Sequence record: SRR20825006_2218
DNA length: 36,452 bases
Direction: 5' to 3' (one strand)
Made by a program: the position numbers and the translations under genes. The notes under the pieces were generated by a model, which was given only the letters and a program-made list of their open reading frames with translations, ran no database searches and was not told the DNA's origin. Below are positions 1-8,951 of this stretch, piece after piece (position 1 is the stretch's first letter; the number at the start of each line of letters is the position of its first letter).

Positions 1-739
1 CTTTGGCGTGCTCATATTCTTCCAACACCATCACGCCTGCGCCGCCAGCGATGATGAAACCGTCACGGTTTTTATCATAAGCGCGGGAGGCCACTTCTGG
101 CGTGTCGTTATATTTTGAGGTCATTGCGCCCAACGCGTCGAACATGTTGGACATTGACCATTCAAGATCTTCACTGCCGCCCGCAAAAACAATGTCTTGC
201 TTGCCCATTTGGATCTGCTCATAGGCATTGCCGATGCAGTGCTTTGACGTCGCGCAAGCAGAGGTGATCGTGTAGTTCACACCCTTGATTTTAAACGCAG
301 TGGCCAAAGTTGCAGAAGCTGTTGAACTCATGGCTTTTGGCACAGCCAATGGCCCAATGCGTTTCGGACTCATTTTTTCGCGGGTAATGTCTGCCGCATT
401 AATCAAAGTTTCGGTTGAAGGACCGCCGGAGCCCATCACGATGCCTGTGCGTGGGTTGGAGATGTTTTCTTCTTCCAAACCGGCCTGCTCAATCGCTTCT
501 TGCATGGCAATATAGTTCCATGCGGCGCCCCGCGCCATAAAGCGGGTTGTGCGGCGATCCAACACAGAAAACGGATCCAATGTAGGTTCCCCATGCACTT
601 GGCTGCGGAAGCCATATTTCACATGGTTTTCTGCGCGGGTGATGCCCGGCTTTGCGTCGCGCAAGCTTTGCAAAACTTCTGCGCGATTATTGCCGATGGA
701 GGAAACAATCCCCATGCCTGTGATGACAACTCGTTTCAT
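1..739 (-). CDS. fabB: 3-oxoacyl-ACP synthase I (FabB), 3' end runs off the window
   Basis: Not in the ORF track because it has no stop in the window. Read by hand from ATG at 739: MKRVVITGMGIVSSIGNNRAEVLQSLRDAKPGITRAENH..., with ketosynthase active site ITSACATSKH. GAGGA RBS upstream; directly follows fabA. Confidence 0.93.
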   Translation of the reverse strand, partial: MKRVVITGMGIVSSIGNNRAEVLQSLRDAKPGITRAENHVKYGFRSQVHGEPTLDPFSVLDRRTTRFMARGAAWNYIAMQEAIEQAGLEEENISNPRTGIVMGSGGPSTETLINAADITREKMSPKRIGPLAVPKAMSSTASATLATAFKIKGVNYTITSACATSKHCIGNAYEQIQMGKQDIVFAGGSEDLEWSMSNMFDALGAMTSKYNDTPEVASRAYDKNRDGFIIAGGAGVMVLEEYEHAK

Positions 740-775
740 TTTGTCCTCTTACACTCTCGTGTGATGCGGTTTGGC

Positions 776-1288
776 CTATTGGTCTTCTAGGCCGATCAGG
801 CCCACACGCAAATTTTCGGCTTTATAAATGATTTCGCCGTCAGCTTTTACCCAGCCATTGGCAACGCCAAATGGCAAAGGCGCACGCATGTGCTTTTTAA
901 TATCAACATGATATTGCAGCAGCTTTTTGTCATTTGTGGCTTGGCCAACAAATTTAATAGAGCCGCCCAAAGCGCGGCCACGGCCTGGCGAACCTGACCA
1001 TGAGAGGAAAAAGCCGATCATTTGCCACAGTGCATCAAGGCCCAAACAGCCCGGCATCACCGGATCGCCGATAAAGTGGCACTGATAGAACCAAAGGTCT
1101 GGGTTCAAATCCAACTCGGCAGTTACGCTGCCTTTGCCAAATTCACCGCCATCGGAATCGATATTGGTGATGCGATCAAACATCAACATTGGCGGCGCTG
1201 GTAGCTTGGCGTCACCTTGCCCAGGCAGTTCGCCGCGTCCATGCAAAATCAAATCATCGTAACTAAACTGATGGGCGCGCTCTGTCAT
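776..1288 (-). CDS. fabA: 3-hydroxyacyl-ACP dehydratase/isomerase FabA
   Basis: Motifs LPAPPMLMFDRI and CHFIGDPVMPGCLGLDALWQ (His/Asp pair of FabA, not the Glu of FabZ). Start moved from 1330 to ATG 1288 (MTERAHQF), preceded by AAGGGG. Confidence 0.95.
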   Translation of the reverse strand: MTERAHQFSYDDLILHGRGELPGQGDAKLPAPPMLMFDRITNIDSDGGEFGKGSVTAELDLNPDLWFYQCHFIGDPVMPGCLGLDALWQMIGFFLSWSGSPGRGRALGGSIKFVGQATNDKKLLQYHVDIKKHMRAPLPFGVANGWVKADGEIIYKAENLRVGLIGLEDQ

Positions 1289-1571
1289 AAGCCCTTTTTC
1301 CCTTATTCTCATTTCGCGCAACACCTGCACGGTATTGCCAATTGTGTGTAACCCAAAAACAAACTTGATTGTCCAATAGCATTTTTGGGTCGTTGCGCAA
1401 AGTTATTGCATTTGATTAACCCATATAGGGCGCGGGAAGGAAGGCCAAGCCCAAACAGGCCAATTGCCCGGCTTTTTTACGTATTATTGCGTTGCCAGTC
1501 CCATTCTTCCTCGTCATCATGCGACCAATTTCTAATGGCGCTGTGGCTGAATTCACAAACAGGGAATCACT

Positions 1572-2369
1572 ATGCAAATTTTTCAAGTTGATGCGTTCAC
1601 CGATCAGTTGTTCAAGGGCAACCCTGCTGCGGTGATGGTGTTGGATGATTGGCTGGATGCCGAACTGATGCAGCGCATCGCCATGGAGAACAATCTTTCA
1701 GAAACCGCATTTGTGCGTAAACGCGAAGCAGAGGATGGCTGGGACATAAGATGGTTTACCCCAACCCATGAAGTCAGCTTTTGTGGCCACGCAACACTCG
1801 CCAGCGCACACATTCTACATAGTGAATATCAAGCGCCGATGCCGTTGAAGTTTCACGGTCAGGTTGGAGCGTTGGGCGTGAGTTTGGCACAAGATGATGA
1901 GCGCGCACCCAGCTATCGATTGGATTTTCCCGTGGTGCCGTTTGAGGCATTAGACGCGCTGCCGGACGAAATTGGGCCAAGTTTTGCGGCAACGCCGATC
2001 CGCATTTTCAAATCCTATGAGAATTATTTTGTGCAGCTTGAAGATGAAACCAGTGTACGCGGATTTGAGCCAGACTTGTTGGCGATGGCCAAGCTGGGCA
2101 CCGAGGGTGTGGTGATTACCGCCAAAGGCGACAAGGTCGATTTCGTGTCGCGCTATTTTCTGCCCGGCGGCGGCATTGATGAAGACCCTGTGACCGGGTC
2201 TATCCACACAAGCCTTGTTCCCTTTTGGGCCGAACAATTGGGCAAGACCGAATTAGACGCGGTCCAGGCCTCCAACCGGGGCGGCAATTTGACCTGTCGA
2301 TTGGTCGGCGATCGCGTCCATATAGTTGGATCTGCAACAACTTATTTGCGTGGCCGCCTGTCGCTTTAG
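1572..2369 (+). CDS. PhzF/YddE-family epimerase/isomerase
   Basis: Motifs QVDAFT..FKGNPAAV, NLSETAF, RWFTPTHEVSFCGHATLA and EDPVTGS; AGGGA RBS. Confidence 0.9.
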   Translation: MQIFQVDAFTDQLFKGNPAAVMVLDDWLDAELMQRIAMENNLSETAFVRKREAEDGWDIRWFTPTHEVSFCGHATLASAHILHSEYQAPMPLKFHGQVGALGVSLAQDDERAPSYRLDFPVVPFEALDALPDEIGPSFAATPIRIFKSYENYFVQLEDETSVRGFEPDLLAMAKLGTEGVVITAKGDKVDFVSRYFLPGGGIDEDPVTGSIHTSLVPFWAEQLGKTELDAVQASNRGGNLTCRLVGDRVHIVGSATTYLRGRLSL

Positions 2370-2435
2370 GCTTTTAGGGGCGCAATGCACCGGATTTGTT
2401 GCAATATGGGTGTTAATCTTGTACATGGGATTTTG

Positions 2436-2464
2436 TTGAACCCCTTGTGGGACGCGCCTATAGT
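2436..2464 (+). promoter_or_regulatory. Putative sigma70 promoter of irr
   Basis: TTGAAC-N17-TATAGT ending about 30 nt upstream of the ATG at 2494. Confidence 0.6.
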
Positions 2465-2493
2465 GCGCTTGAACCAAATTGGGATGAGTGTGA

Positions 2494-2940
2494 ATGGACC
2501 AGTTGCAAAAATCTAGCTTTCGTCAGCCAAGTTCTCGGGGCCCGTGCTTAACCGCCGTGCTGCGCATGGCCGGCTTGCGCCCAACGCGGCAGCGTTTGGC
2601 CTTGGCAGATTTGATTTATGGCAATGGCCATCGCCATGTGAGCGCGGAAGCCTTGCACGCGGAAGCCGACCAAAGCGGCGTCGCCGTTTCTTTGGCCACT
2701 GTTTACAACACGCTGCGTCAGTTTAAAGATGCAGGCCTGTTGCGCGAAGTGACTGTGGATGCGGCACGTACCTATTTCGACACAGATACATCTGACCACC
2801 ACCATTTCTATATTGAAGATGAAGATCGCGTGATCGACATTCCTTCAAATGAAATTGTGATCCAAGGCCTTCCGGATGCACCGAAAGGCATGAAGATTTC
2901 ACATGTGGATGTGGTGGTGCGGGTGCGCCGCGAAAACTAA
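2494..2940 (+). CDS. irr: Iron response regulator Irr (Fur family)
   Basis: GLRPTRQRLAL, VSLATVYNTLRQF, the Irr-type YFDTDTSDHHHFY motif and C-terminal HVDVVVR. Divergent from fabA, as in rhizobia. Confidence 0.9.
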   Translation: MDQLQKSSFRQPSSRGPCLTAVLRMAGLRPTRQRLALADLIYGNGHRHVSAEALHAEADQSGVAVSLATVYNTLRQFKDAGLLREVTVDAARTYFDTDTSDHHHFYIEDEDRVIDIPSNEIVIQGLPDAPKGMKISHVDVVVRVRREN

Positions 2941-2952
2941 ACCGCTTTCGGC

Positions 2953-3525
2953 TTAGTCAAACTCTTCGTCAGCGTAAACGCCCCAGACAAATTGCTGTTC
3001 AACCCAGCCTTTGAAATTGATCGCGCTGGCATTTTCACCTTCTGGCTGAAAACGGCCTGACACTTCGCACCAACTCTCGGCACATTCCTGCACATTCACC
3101 AACACTTTTGGCGCCAATTGCGCGCGCAATGGCGCGCCCCGATCTGCGCGTGCGTAAAGCGGGATCGCTTGCGACTGCTCGTTCAGCCACGGGGCGATGA
3201 TGCCTGTGCGGCGGCCTGACAAAAGGCTTTGATGTATCCAGCCTTCATCTCCATCCGAATCGCGCACTTTGCGCCAAGTATCAAATTCTTGGATAATCTC
3301 GACCGGCAGTCCGGACTGGGTGAAAATCCAAGCCACTTGATATTTTTGCCCAGGACCATGGCGCACATTGATTTTGGGAGAACCAAGAGACACAAAGCGC
3401 GGCAAAGGCAAGCCGGAAGGGCCTGTTTGCTGCGCGAAAGACGGGGTGACCACCAACCAAAGGGCGCAAAGCGCCAGCCAAAAAGCTTTGAACTTGAAGC
3501 GGGATGGAACAGCAAAAAAACGCAT
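2953..3525 (-). CDS. Exported tandem bacterial SH3-domain protein
   Basis: Signal peptide ending SFA-QQ; SGLPLPRFVSL...NVRHGPG...GLPVEIIQEFDTWRKVRDSDGDEGWIHQSLLSG; second SH3 repeat (C...WCEV...GWV). ATG 3525 chosen over 3591. Confidence 0.85.
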   Translation of the reverse strand: MRFFAVPSRFKFKAFWLALCALWLVVTPSFAQQTGPSGLPLPRFVSLGSPKINVRHGPGQKYQVAWIFTQSGLPVEIIQEFDTWRKVRDSDGDEGWIHQSLLSGRRTGIIAPWLNEQSQAIPLYARADRGAPLRAQLAPKVLVNVQECAESWCEVSGRFQPEGENASAINFKGWVEQQFVWGVYADEEFD

Positions 3526-3671
3526 CTCTATTTCATCTCTTGTTATTGGGACCAAGGCTCGATATTTTACCCCGCAAATAGGCAAAGACACCTTAATGTT
3601 AGGCTAAAACGTCACTCTTTTATGTGGTTCATTTCCCACCGAGTGCGCGTGTTCGGGTTGAAAGGGAATTT

Positions 3672-4673
3672 ATGCCTCACACGAACGCCCGTGTAGTGGT
3701 TACGCGGCAATTGCCCAAACAAGTTGAAGAGCGCATGGCCGCGTTGTTTCATGTGGCATTTAACACAGCAGATAAGGCCTTTACCACCCAACAATTGATT
3801 GCGGCGGCGCAAAATTGTGATGTTTTGGTTTCCACCATTACCGACAATTTAGACGCTGATGTGATCAACCAGTTGGGGGATCGTGTGCGCATGATTGCCC
3901 AATTTGGCAATGGGGTGGACAATGTTGACGTAAATGCCGCCGCCGCACGCAACATCACCGTCACCAACACGCCAAGCGTTTTAACCGATGACACGGCCGA
4001 TATGACCATGGCGCTAATACTTGCCGTGCCACGCCGACTTGTTGAGGGCAGCCAAGTGCTGCTTAAAGACGGGTCTTGGCCCGGCTGGTCGCCCAACTGG
4101 ATGTTGGGGCGGCGTCTTTCTGGCAAAAAATTGGGTATTGTGGGAATGGGCCGCATTGGCACCGCCGTGGCCCGCCGCGCGAAAGCTTTTGGCTTGAACA
4201 TTCACTATTATAGCCGCTCCAAGCGTCCGGAAAGCTTGGAAGATGAACTTGGCGCGACCTATTGGGATAATCTTGAGGAGATGTTGGCTGAGGTGGATAT
4301 TGTGACCCTGCACACCCCCTCTACCAAAGCGACGCGGCATCTGATCAATCGCGATAATATTGGCCGCATGAAGCCGGATGCGTTTCTGGTCAATTTGGCG
4401 CGGCCCAATTTGATCGATGAAGACGCTTTGATCAAAGCCATTCAAAGCGATCAGATCAGCGGCGCGGCTCTAGATGTTTTTGAGCACCATAAACCGATCA
4501 ATCCCGAATTGCTGGAGCTGGCGCGGGCCAATAAAGTTGTGCTGACCGCCCATATGGGCTCAGCCACGCTGGAAAGCCGGATTGAGATGGGCGAGACCGT
4601 GCTCGTGAATATCCGCACATTTCTAGATGGTCACCAACCGCCGCACCGGGTGTTGCCGGATCAAAAAGGATAA
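3672..4673 (+). CDS. D-isomer-specific 2-hydroxyacid dehydrogenase (glyoxylate/hydroxypyruvate reductase-like)
   Basis: GNGVDNVD, VTNTPSVLTDDTAD, Rossmann motif GIVGMGRIG and HMGSAT. ATG 3672 follows AAGGGA. Canonical EP motif altered (see findings). Confidence 0.88.
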   Translation: MPHTNARVVVTRQLPKQVEERMAALFHVAFNTADKAFTTQQLIAAAQNCDVLVSTITDNLDADVINQLGDRVRMIAQFGNGVDNVDVNAAAARNITVTNTPSVLTDDTADMTMALILAVPRRLVEGSQVLLKDGSWPGWSPNWMLGRRLSGKKLGIVGMGRIGTAVARRAKAFGLNIHYYSRSKRPESLEDELGATYWDNLEEMLAEVDIVTLHTPSTKATRHLINRDNIGRMKPDAFLVNLARPNLIDEDALIKAIQSDQISGAALDVFEHHKPINPELLELARANKVVLTAHMGSATLESRIEMGETVLVNIRTFLDGHQPPHRVLPDQKG

Positions 4674-4677
4674 TTCA

Positions 4678-5040
4678 TTGGCCGATCCCACCATCAGCTA
4701 CCCACCCGATTGCAACAATTCGCCAAAAAACCAATTGATGGTGGATTTTTGCCTTTTTATCTTAGGCGCGGGCCACCCTTCCCTCGGAGAAATTGTTGAA
4801 GCGGACGCGGTTTGGCAGCAACAAGTGGATCATCTTGTGAAAGGCCACGACGATATTATCGCGGCGGCCAAGGCGCGGGACCTGCCAAAAGATATTGAGA
4901 TTTTCAACGTGGCCACCCACGGCAAAGTTGGCTTTGTGGATGGGGTTTGCCAAACCGAACAATCCCGGTTCGGCTTTTGCTTCAAAGTCGTATTCAAAAG
5001 CGCTGCAGCGAAGCGGGTCAGCAAAATCGTCAGCTATTGA
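4678..5040 (+). CDS. Small hypothetical protein, probable NTF2/SnoaL-like fold (about 120 aa)
   Basis: In-frame TTG at 4678 with AAGGA upstream, 4 nt after the previous stop. The pattern DCNNSPKN...DAVW...THGK...FC...KIVSY resembles small NTF2-like proteins (from recall, not a search). Confidence 0.6.
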   Translation: MADPTISYPPDCNNSPKNQLMVDFCLFILGAGHPSLGEIVEADAVWQQQVDHLVKGHDDIIAAAKARDLPKDIEIFNVATHGKVGFVDGVCQTEQSRFGFCFKVVFKSAAAKRVSKIVSY

Positions 5041-5196
5041 AGTCAAGATCGCGACTTCCTACGTCTTAGTCATGTTTAACTGACTTTTAGACGGATTTTA
5101 TATGTCTGATTTTTTTGCATCAATTTTTGAATTCATTGTTGAAACCTGTCTGCCGCCTTATGGCAAAAAAGAAGAGTCACCGGGTAAATCAGACAC

Positions 5197-5232
5197 AAAA
5201 AAGCCCGGCGCAGACTAGGCTGGCCGGGCTTT
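5197..5232 (-). terminator. Intrinsic terminator of pnp
   Basis: Stem AAAGCCCGGC (5200-5209) / GCCGGGCTTT (5223-5232) with a U-run on the minus strand, 21 nt after the pnp stop. Confidence 0.85.
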
Positions 5233-5253
5233 GATCAGGTTAAAGGTAAGCGA

Positions 5254-7389
5254 CTATTCGTCTGCTTCTTCTTCCTTTTTGATTTCTTCACCAGTTTCCT
5301 GGTCAACCACTTTCATGCTCAAGCGCACTTTGCCGCGGTCGTCAAAGCCCATCAGCTTCACGTAAACGCTGTCGCCTTCTTTGATGATGTCGGTTGTTTT
5401 CTCAACGCGCTTGTCCGCCAATTGAGAAATGTGCACCAAGCCGTCGCGTGGGCCGAAGAAGTTTACGAATGCGCCAAAGTCTACGGTTTTCACCACAGTA
5501 CCTTTGTAGATTTCGCCAACTTCTGGCTCGTCCGTGATGGATTTGATCCATTTCACAGCCGCTTCAATGGCTTTGCCGTCTGAAGAAGAAACTTTGATGG
5601 TGCCTGTGTCGTCAATGTCGACTTTCGCGCCAGTTTTCTCAACGATTTCGCGGATCACTTTACCACCTGCGCCGATCACTTCACGGATTTTGTCCGTTGG
5701 GATTTGCAAGGTTTCGATACGTGGCGCGAATTCGCCCAATTCTTCACGGGCACCGTCAAGCGCTTTGGACATTTCGTCCAAAATGTGTGAACGGCCGCCA
5801 TTGGCTTGGGCCAAGGCTGTTTTCATGATCTCTTCGGTGATACCAGCGATCTTGATGTCCATTTGCAGCGATGTGATGCCTTCAGAAGTACCTGCCACTT
5901 TGAAGTCCATATCGCCAAGGTGATCTTCGTCACCCAAAATATCAGACAAGACAGCGAAGCGCTCGCCTTCCAAAATCAAGCCCATAGCGATGCCAGAAAC
6001 CGGACGTGCCAACGGCACACCAGCATCCATCAAGGCCAATGAGGTACCACAAACGGTGGCCATGGAAGATGAACCGTTTGATTCAGTGATTTCAGACACA
6101 ACACGCAATGTGTAAGGGAAGTCTTCTACCTTTGGACGCACTGGGTTGATGGCGCGCCATGCCAATTTACCGTGACCTGTTTCACGACGGCTTGTACCGC
6201 CCATACGGCCAGCTTCACCCACAGAATATGGAGGGAAGTTGTAATGCAGCATGAAGTTTTCTTTGCGGGTGCCGTCTAGGCTGTCGATGAATTGCTCATC
6301 ATCGCCTGTGCCCAATGTGGCCACAACAAGCGCTTGTGTTTCACCACGTGTAAATACGGCTGAACCGTGTGTACGTGGCAATACGCCAACTTCTGAAACG
6401 ATTGGACGCACAGTTTCAAGGTCACGACCGTCAATACGGCGACCAGTGTCCAAAATGTTCCAACGTACGATTTTGGCTTGCAAAGATTTGAACACCGCAC
6501 CGATTTGCTCACCAGTGTATTTGGCTTCTTCCTCTTCGCTGGCAGGCGCAAAGTGATCTTTCACTTTGGCTTTCGCCGCGTCTACAGCTTCGTAACGTGC
6601 TTGCTTTTCAGTGATTTGGTAAGCAGCGCGCAAATCGTCTTCCACCACTTTCAGCATTTCTGCTTCAAGTTCTGAATGATCTTCAGGGGTGAATTCGCGT
6701 GGCTCTTTTGCTGCCAATTCGGCCAATTTGATGATCGCTTCGATCACTTTTTGGCTTTGCTCGTGGCCATACATCACCGCGCCGAGCATCACGTCTTCGC
6801 TCAATTCTTTGGCTTCTGATTCCACCATCAATACAGCGTCTTGCGTGCCGGCCATCACAAGGTCCAGCTTGCTGTCAGCAGCAGTTTCTGGTGCAAAGTT
6901 CAGCACATATTCGCCATCAACATAGCCCACACGCGCAGCGCCGATTGGGCCCATAAATGGAACACCAGAAATGGTCAACGCAGCTGAAGCGGCAACCATG
7001 GCCAAAACGTCTGGCTGGTTTTCCAAATCATACTGCAACACAGTGATGACCACTTGGGTTTCGTTTTTATAGCCATTTGGGAACAGCGGGCGGATTGGAC
7101 GGTCAATCAAGCGCGAAATCAATGTTTCGGCTTCAGTTGGGCGCCCTTCACGCTTGAAATAGCCACCAGGGATTTTACCTGCAGCATAGAATTTTTCTTG
7201 GTAGTTCACGGTCAGTGGAAAAAAGTCCACGCCCGCTTTTGCTTCTTTGGCAGAAACAACAGTGGCCAAAACAACTGTTTCGCCCAAAGTGGCCACAACA
7301 GCGCCGTCTGCCTGACGGGCCATTTTACCAGTTTCAAGGGTCAGCGGTTGGCCGCCCCAGTTCAATTCAACTTTATGATGATCAAACAT
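5254..7389 (-). CDS. pnp: Polyribonucleotide nucleotidyltransferase (PNPase)
   Basis: [13 protein letters not shown], two RNase PH domains, [17 protein letters not shown] (VIGAGGKVI) and S1 (DGLVHISQL) domains; downstream of rpsO. Confidence 0.98.
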   Translation of the reverse strand: MFDHHKVELNWGGQPLTLETGKMARQADGAVVATLGETVVLATVVSAKEAKAGVDFFPLTVNYQEKFYAAGKIPGGYFKREGRPTEAETLISRLIDRPIRPLFPNGYKNETQVVITVLQYDLENQPDVLAMVAASAALTISGVPFMGPIGAARVGYVDGEYVLNFAPETAADSKLDLVMAGTQDAVLMVESEAKELSEDVMLGAVMYGHEQSQKVIEAIIKLAELAAKEPREFTPEDHSELEAEMLKVVEDDLRAAYQITEKQARYEAVDAAKAKVKDHFAPASEEEEAKYTGEQIGAVFKSLQAKIVRWNILDTGRRIDGRDLETVRPIVSEVGVLPRTHGSAVFTRGETQALVVATLGTGDDEQFIDSLDGTRKENFMLHYNFPPYSVGEAGRMGGTSRRETGHGKLAWRAINPVRPKVEDFPYTLRVVSEITESNGSSSMATVCGTSLALMDAGVPLARPVSGIAMGLILEGERFAVLSDILGDEDHLGDMDFKVAGTSEGITSLQMDIKIAGITEEIMKTALAQANGGRSHILDEMSKALDGAREELGEFAPRIETLQIPTDKIREVIGAGGKVIREIVEKTGAKVDIDDTGTIKVSSSDGKAIEAAVKWIKSITDEPEVGEIYKGTVVKTVDFGAFVNFFGPRDGLVHISQLADKRVEKTTDIIKEGDSVYVKLMGFDDRGKVRLSMKVVDQETGEEIKKEEEADE

Positions 7390-7462
7390 TTTTAGTCCTT
7401 TAAATAGGCGATAGATGCTCGTTCACCCTTGGTGAACGCAGCATAACGCCATTGATCTTTCT

Positions 7463-7562
7463 AAAGGAACAAACCAGCAAGCAAGATGGCAAGGCGCTTT
7501 TAATTGGCATGGCTGCCACGAAGAAAAAGCGTCCGACGATCCTGCTCCGGCATTGTTCCTTT
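7463..7562 (-). promoter_or_regulatory. Long stem-loop in the pnp leader (probable RNase III site)
   Basis: On the mRNA AAAGGAACAA pairs with UUGUUCCUUU, AGCAGGAU with AUCUUGCU, and CGCUUUU with AAAAGCG. Position is analogous to the E. coli pnp leader. Confidence 0.65.
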
Positions 7563-7572
7563 CGTTCAAACA

Positions 7573-7599
7573 ATATGGAGGGCGTAAAGCCCTCCACAT
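7573..7599 (-). terminator. Hairpin after rpsO (weak terminator or stabiliser)
   Basis: On the mRNA AUGUGGAGGGC-UUUAC-GCCCUCCAUAU followed by UGUUU, 12 nt after the rpsO stop. Confidence 0.6.
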
Positions 7600-7611
7600 C
7601 AAGTCTTTGCC

Positions 7612-7881
7612 TTAGCGACGCAAGCCCAAACGCTCAATCAGCGATTGGTAACGTGCCACGTCTTTGTTCTTAACATAGTCAAGCAAACGACGACGTAGGC
7701 TAACCATTTTCAAAAGACCACGACGAGAGTGGTTATCTTTCTTGTGGTCTTTGAAGTGTTCGGTCAAATTTGAGATGCGCTCTGACAGAATTGCAACCTG
7801 CACTTCAGGAGAACCAGTGTCCCCTGCTTTAGTGGCATATTCTTTAATCAATTCTTCTTTGCGCTCAGGCGTAATCGACAT
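7612..7881 (-). CDS. rpsO: 30S ribosomal protein S15
   Basis: [12 protein letters not shown] and [15 protein letters not shown]; 89 aa; AAAGGA RBS. Confidence 0.99.
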   Translation of the reverse strand: MSITPERKEELIKEYATKAGDTGSPEVQVAILSERISNLTEHFKDHKKDNHSRRGLLKMVSLRRRLLDYVKNKDVARYQSLIERLGLRR

Positions 7882-7980
7882 CGGCCAATCCTTTCTAATA
7901 TGAAGGCTTAAAGGTCACCTTGCGCCGAGATGTCGTCCAGCACAGGGTCGTTTTCCCGCAAAGGCGGTTGCGCGGGTGTA
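7882..7980 (-). promoter_or_regulatory. Structured rpsO leader, probable alphaproteobacterial S15 autoregulatory RNA
   Basis: Two stems on the mRNA: CCCGC/GCGGG, and CCUGUGCUG-GACGACAUCU-CGGCGCAAGG. Lies between a CTATAT -10-like element (7979-7984) and the RBS. Confidence 0.6.
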
Positions 7981-8009
7981 TATAGGAATTTGCCGCAAAT
8001 GAAAAGACT

Positions 8010-8936
8010 TCAATTGCGTTGAGCGGAATCGGGCAAAATCACCCGGCTCGGCTTAAACTGCCCCTTTTCCACTCGGCCAATGGCCAACACATCGCCCATA
8101 TGAGTGGCATAGGCCACCTCAAGGCTGATCGGCGCATTGCGCCCCAGCAACAAAGCAGGATTGCCCATGCGCACGGCTTGGGCTTGCTTTTGGTCAAGGC
8201 TCACCTCGTCCAAATGCCCCAGCGCATCCGCGATTGGCCGCAGGGCCTGATCACGGCTGATGCTATGGACATAATCCTCAAGTTCTTCGATGCTCACTGC
8301 ATCATCTTCGGTGAAGGGACCAACTGCGGCGCGGTGTAAGCGCGAAACATGGGCGACGCTGCCCAGTTTTTTGGCGATATCCCGCGCCAATGCCCGTACA
8401 TAGGTGCCTTTTTGGCAAGTGACGCGCAAAATCGATTTCTCGTTGCCATGCGCCAAAACCTCAAGGGCTTCAATTTCAATCTCACGCGGCGGCATGTCAG
8501 GCTTTTCGCCAGCGCGCGCCAAATCGTAGGCCCGCTCACCATTAATTTTGATGGCAGAGAAGGCCGGGGGAATTTGGGTAATGATTCCCGTGAAACACGG
8601 CAATATGTCTGTGAGCTCTGCTTCGGTTGGGCGATGATCGGAGGTCTCGATCACTTCGCCTTCCACATCATCAGTGGTGGTGGCGCTGCCCCAAGCGACA
8701 TCGAACTCGTAAATTTTGGTACCGTCTTGCACAAAGGGCACGGTTTTCGTGGCTTCCCCAAGGGCAATGGGCAAAATGCCGGTGGCCAAAGGGTCCAATG
8801 TGCCGGCATGACCAGCCTTCTTGGCCTCAAACAACCATTTGATTTTCCCCACCGCCTGGGTGGAGGTCATATCATAAGGCTTATTGAGAATGAGCCAGCC
8901 GGAAATGGCGCGTTTCACGCGTTTTTGCTGCGACAT
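8010..8936 (-). CDS. truB: tRNA pseudouridine(55) synthase
   Basis: GHAGTLDPLATG, QIPPAFSAIKINGERAY and KGTYVRALARD. Confidence 0.97.
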   Translation of the reverse strand: MSQQKRVKRAISGWLILNKPYDMTSTQAVGKIKWLFEAKKAGHAGTLDPLATGILPIALGEATKTVPFVQDGTKIYEFDVAWGSATTTDDVEGEVIETSDHRPTEAELTDILPCFTGIITQIPPAFSAIKINGERAYDLARAGEKPDMPPREIEIEALEVLAHGNEKSILRVTCQKGTYVRALARDIAKKLGSVAHVSRLHRAAVGPFTEDDAVSIEELEDYVHSISRDQALRPIADALGHLDEVSLDQKQAQAVRMGNPALLLGRNAPISLEVAYATHMGDVLAIGRVEKGQFKPSRVILPDSAQRN

Positions 8937-8951
8937 AACACCTTGATGCGT

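Noticed and set aside
1385..1591. 68-aa ORF in the fabA-phzF spacer
   Set aside because: TTG start without an RBS, no motif, and it overlaps the phzF start.
1572..2369. Phenazine biosynthesis
   Set aside because: No other phz genes are present, and orphan PhzF-like proteins are widespread.
3593..3607. CtrA-like TTAA-N7-CTAA; a similar TTAA-N7-TTAG at 5076-5090
   Set aside because: One-mismatch matches in AT-rich spacers are expected by chance, and there is no independent support.
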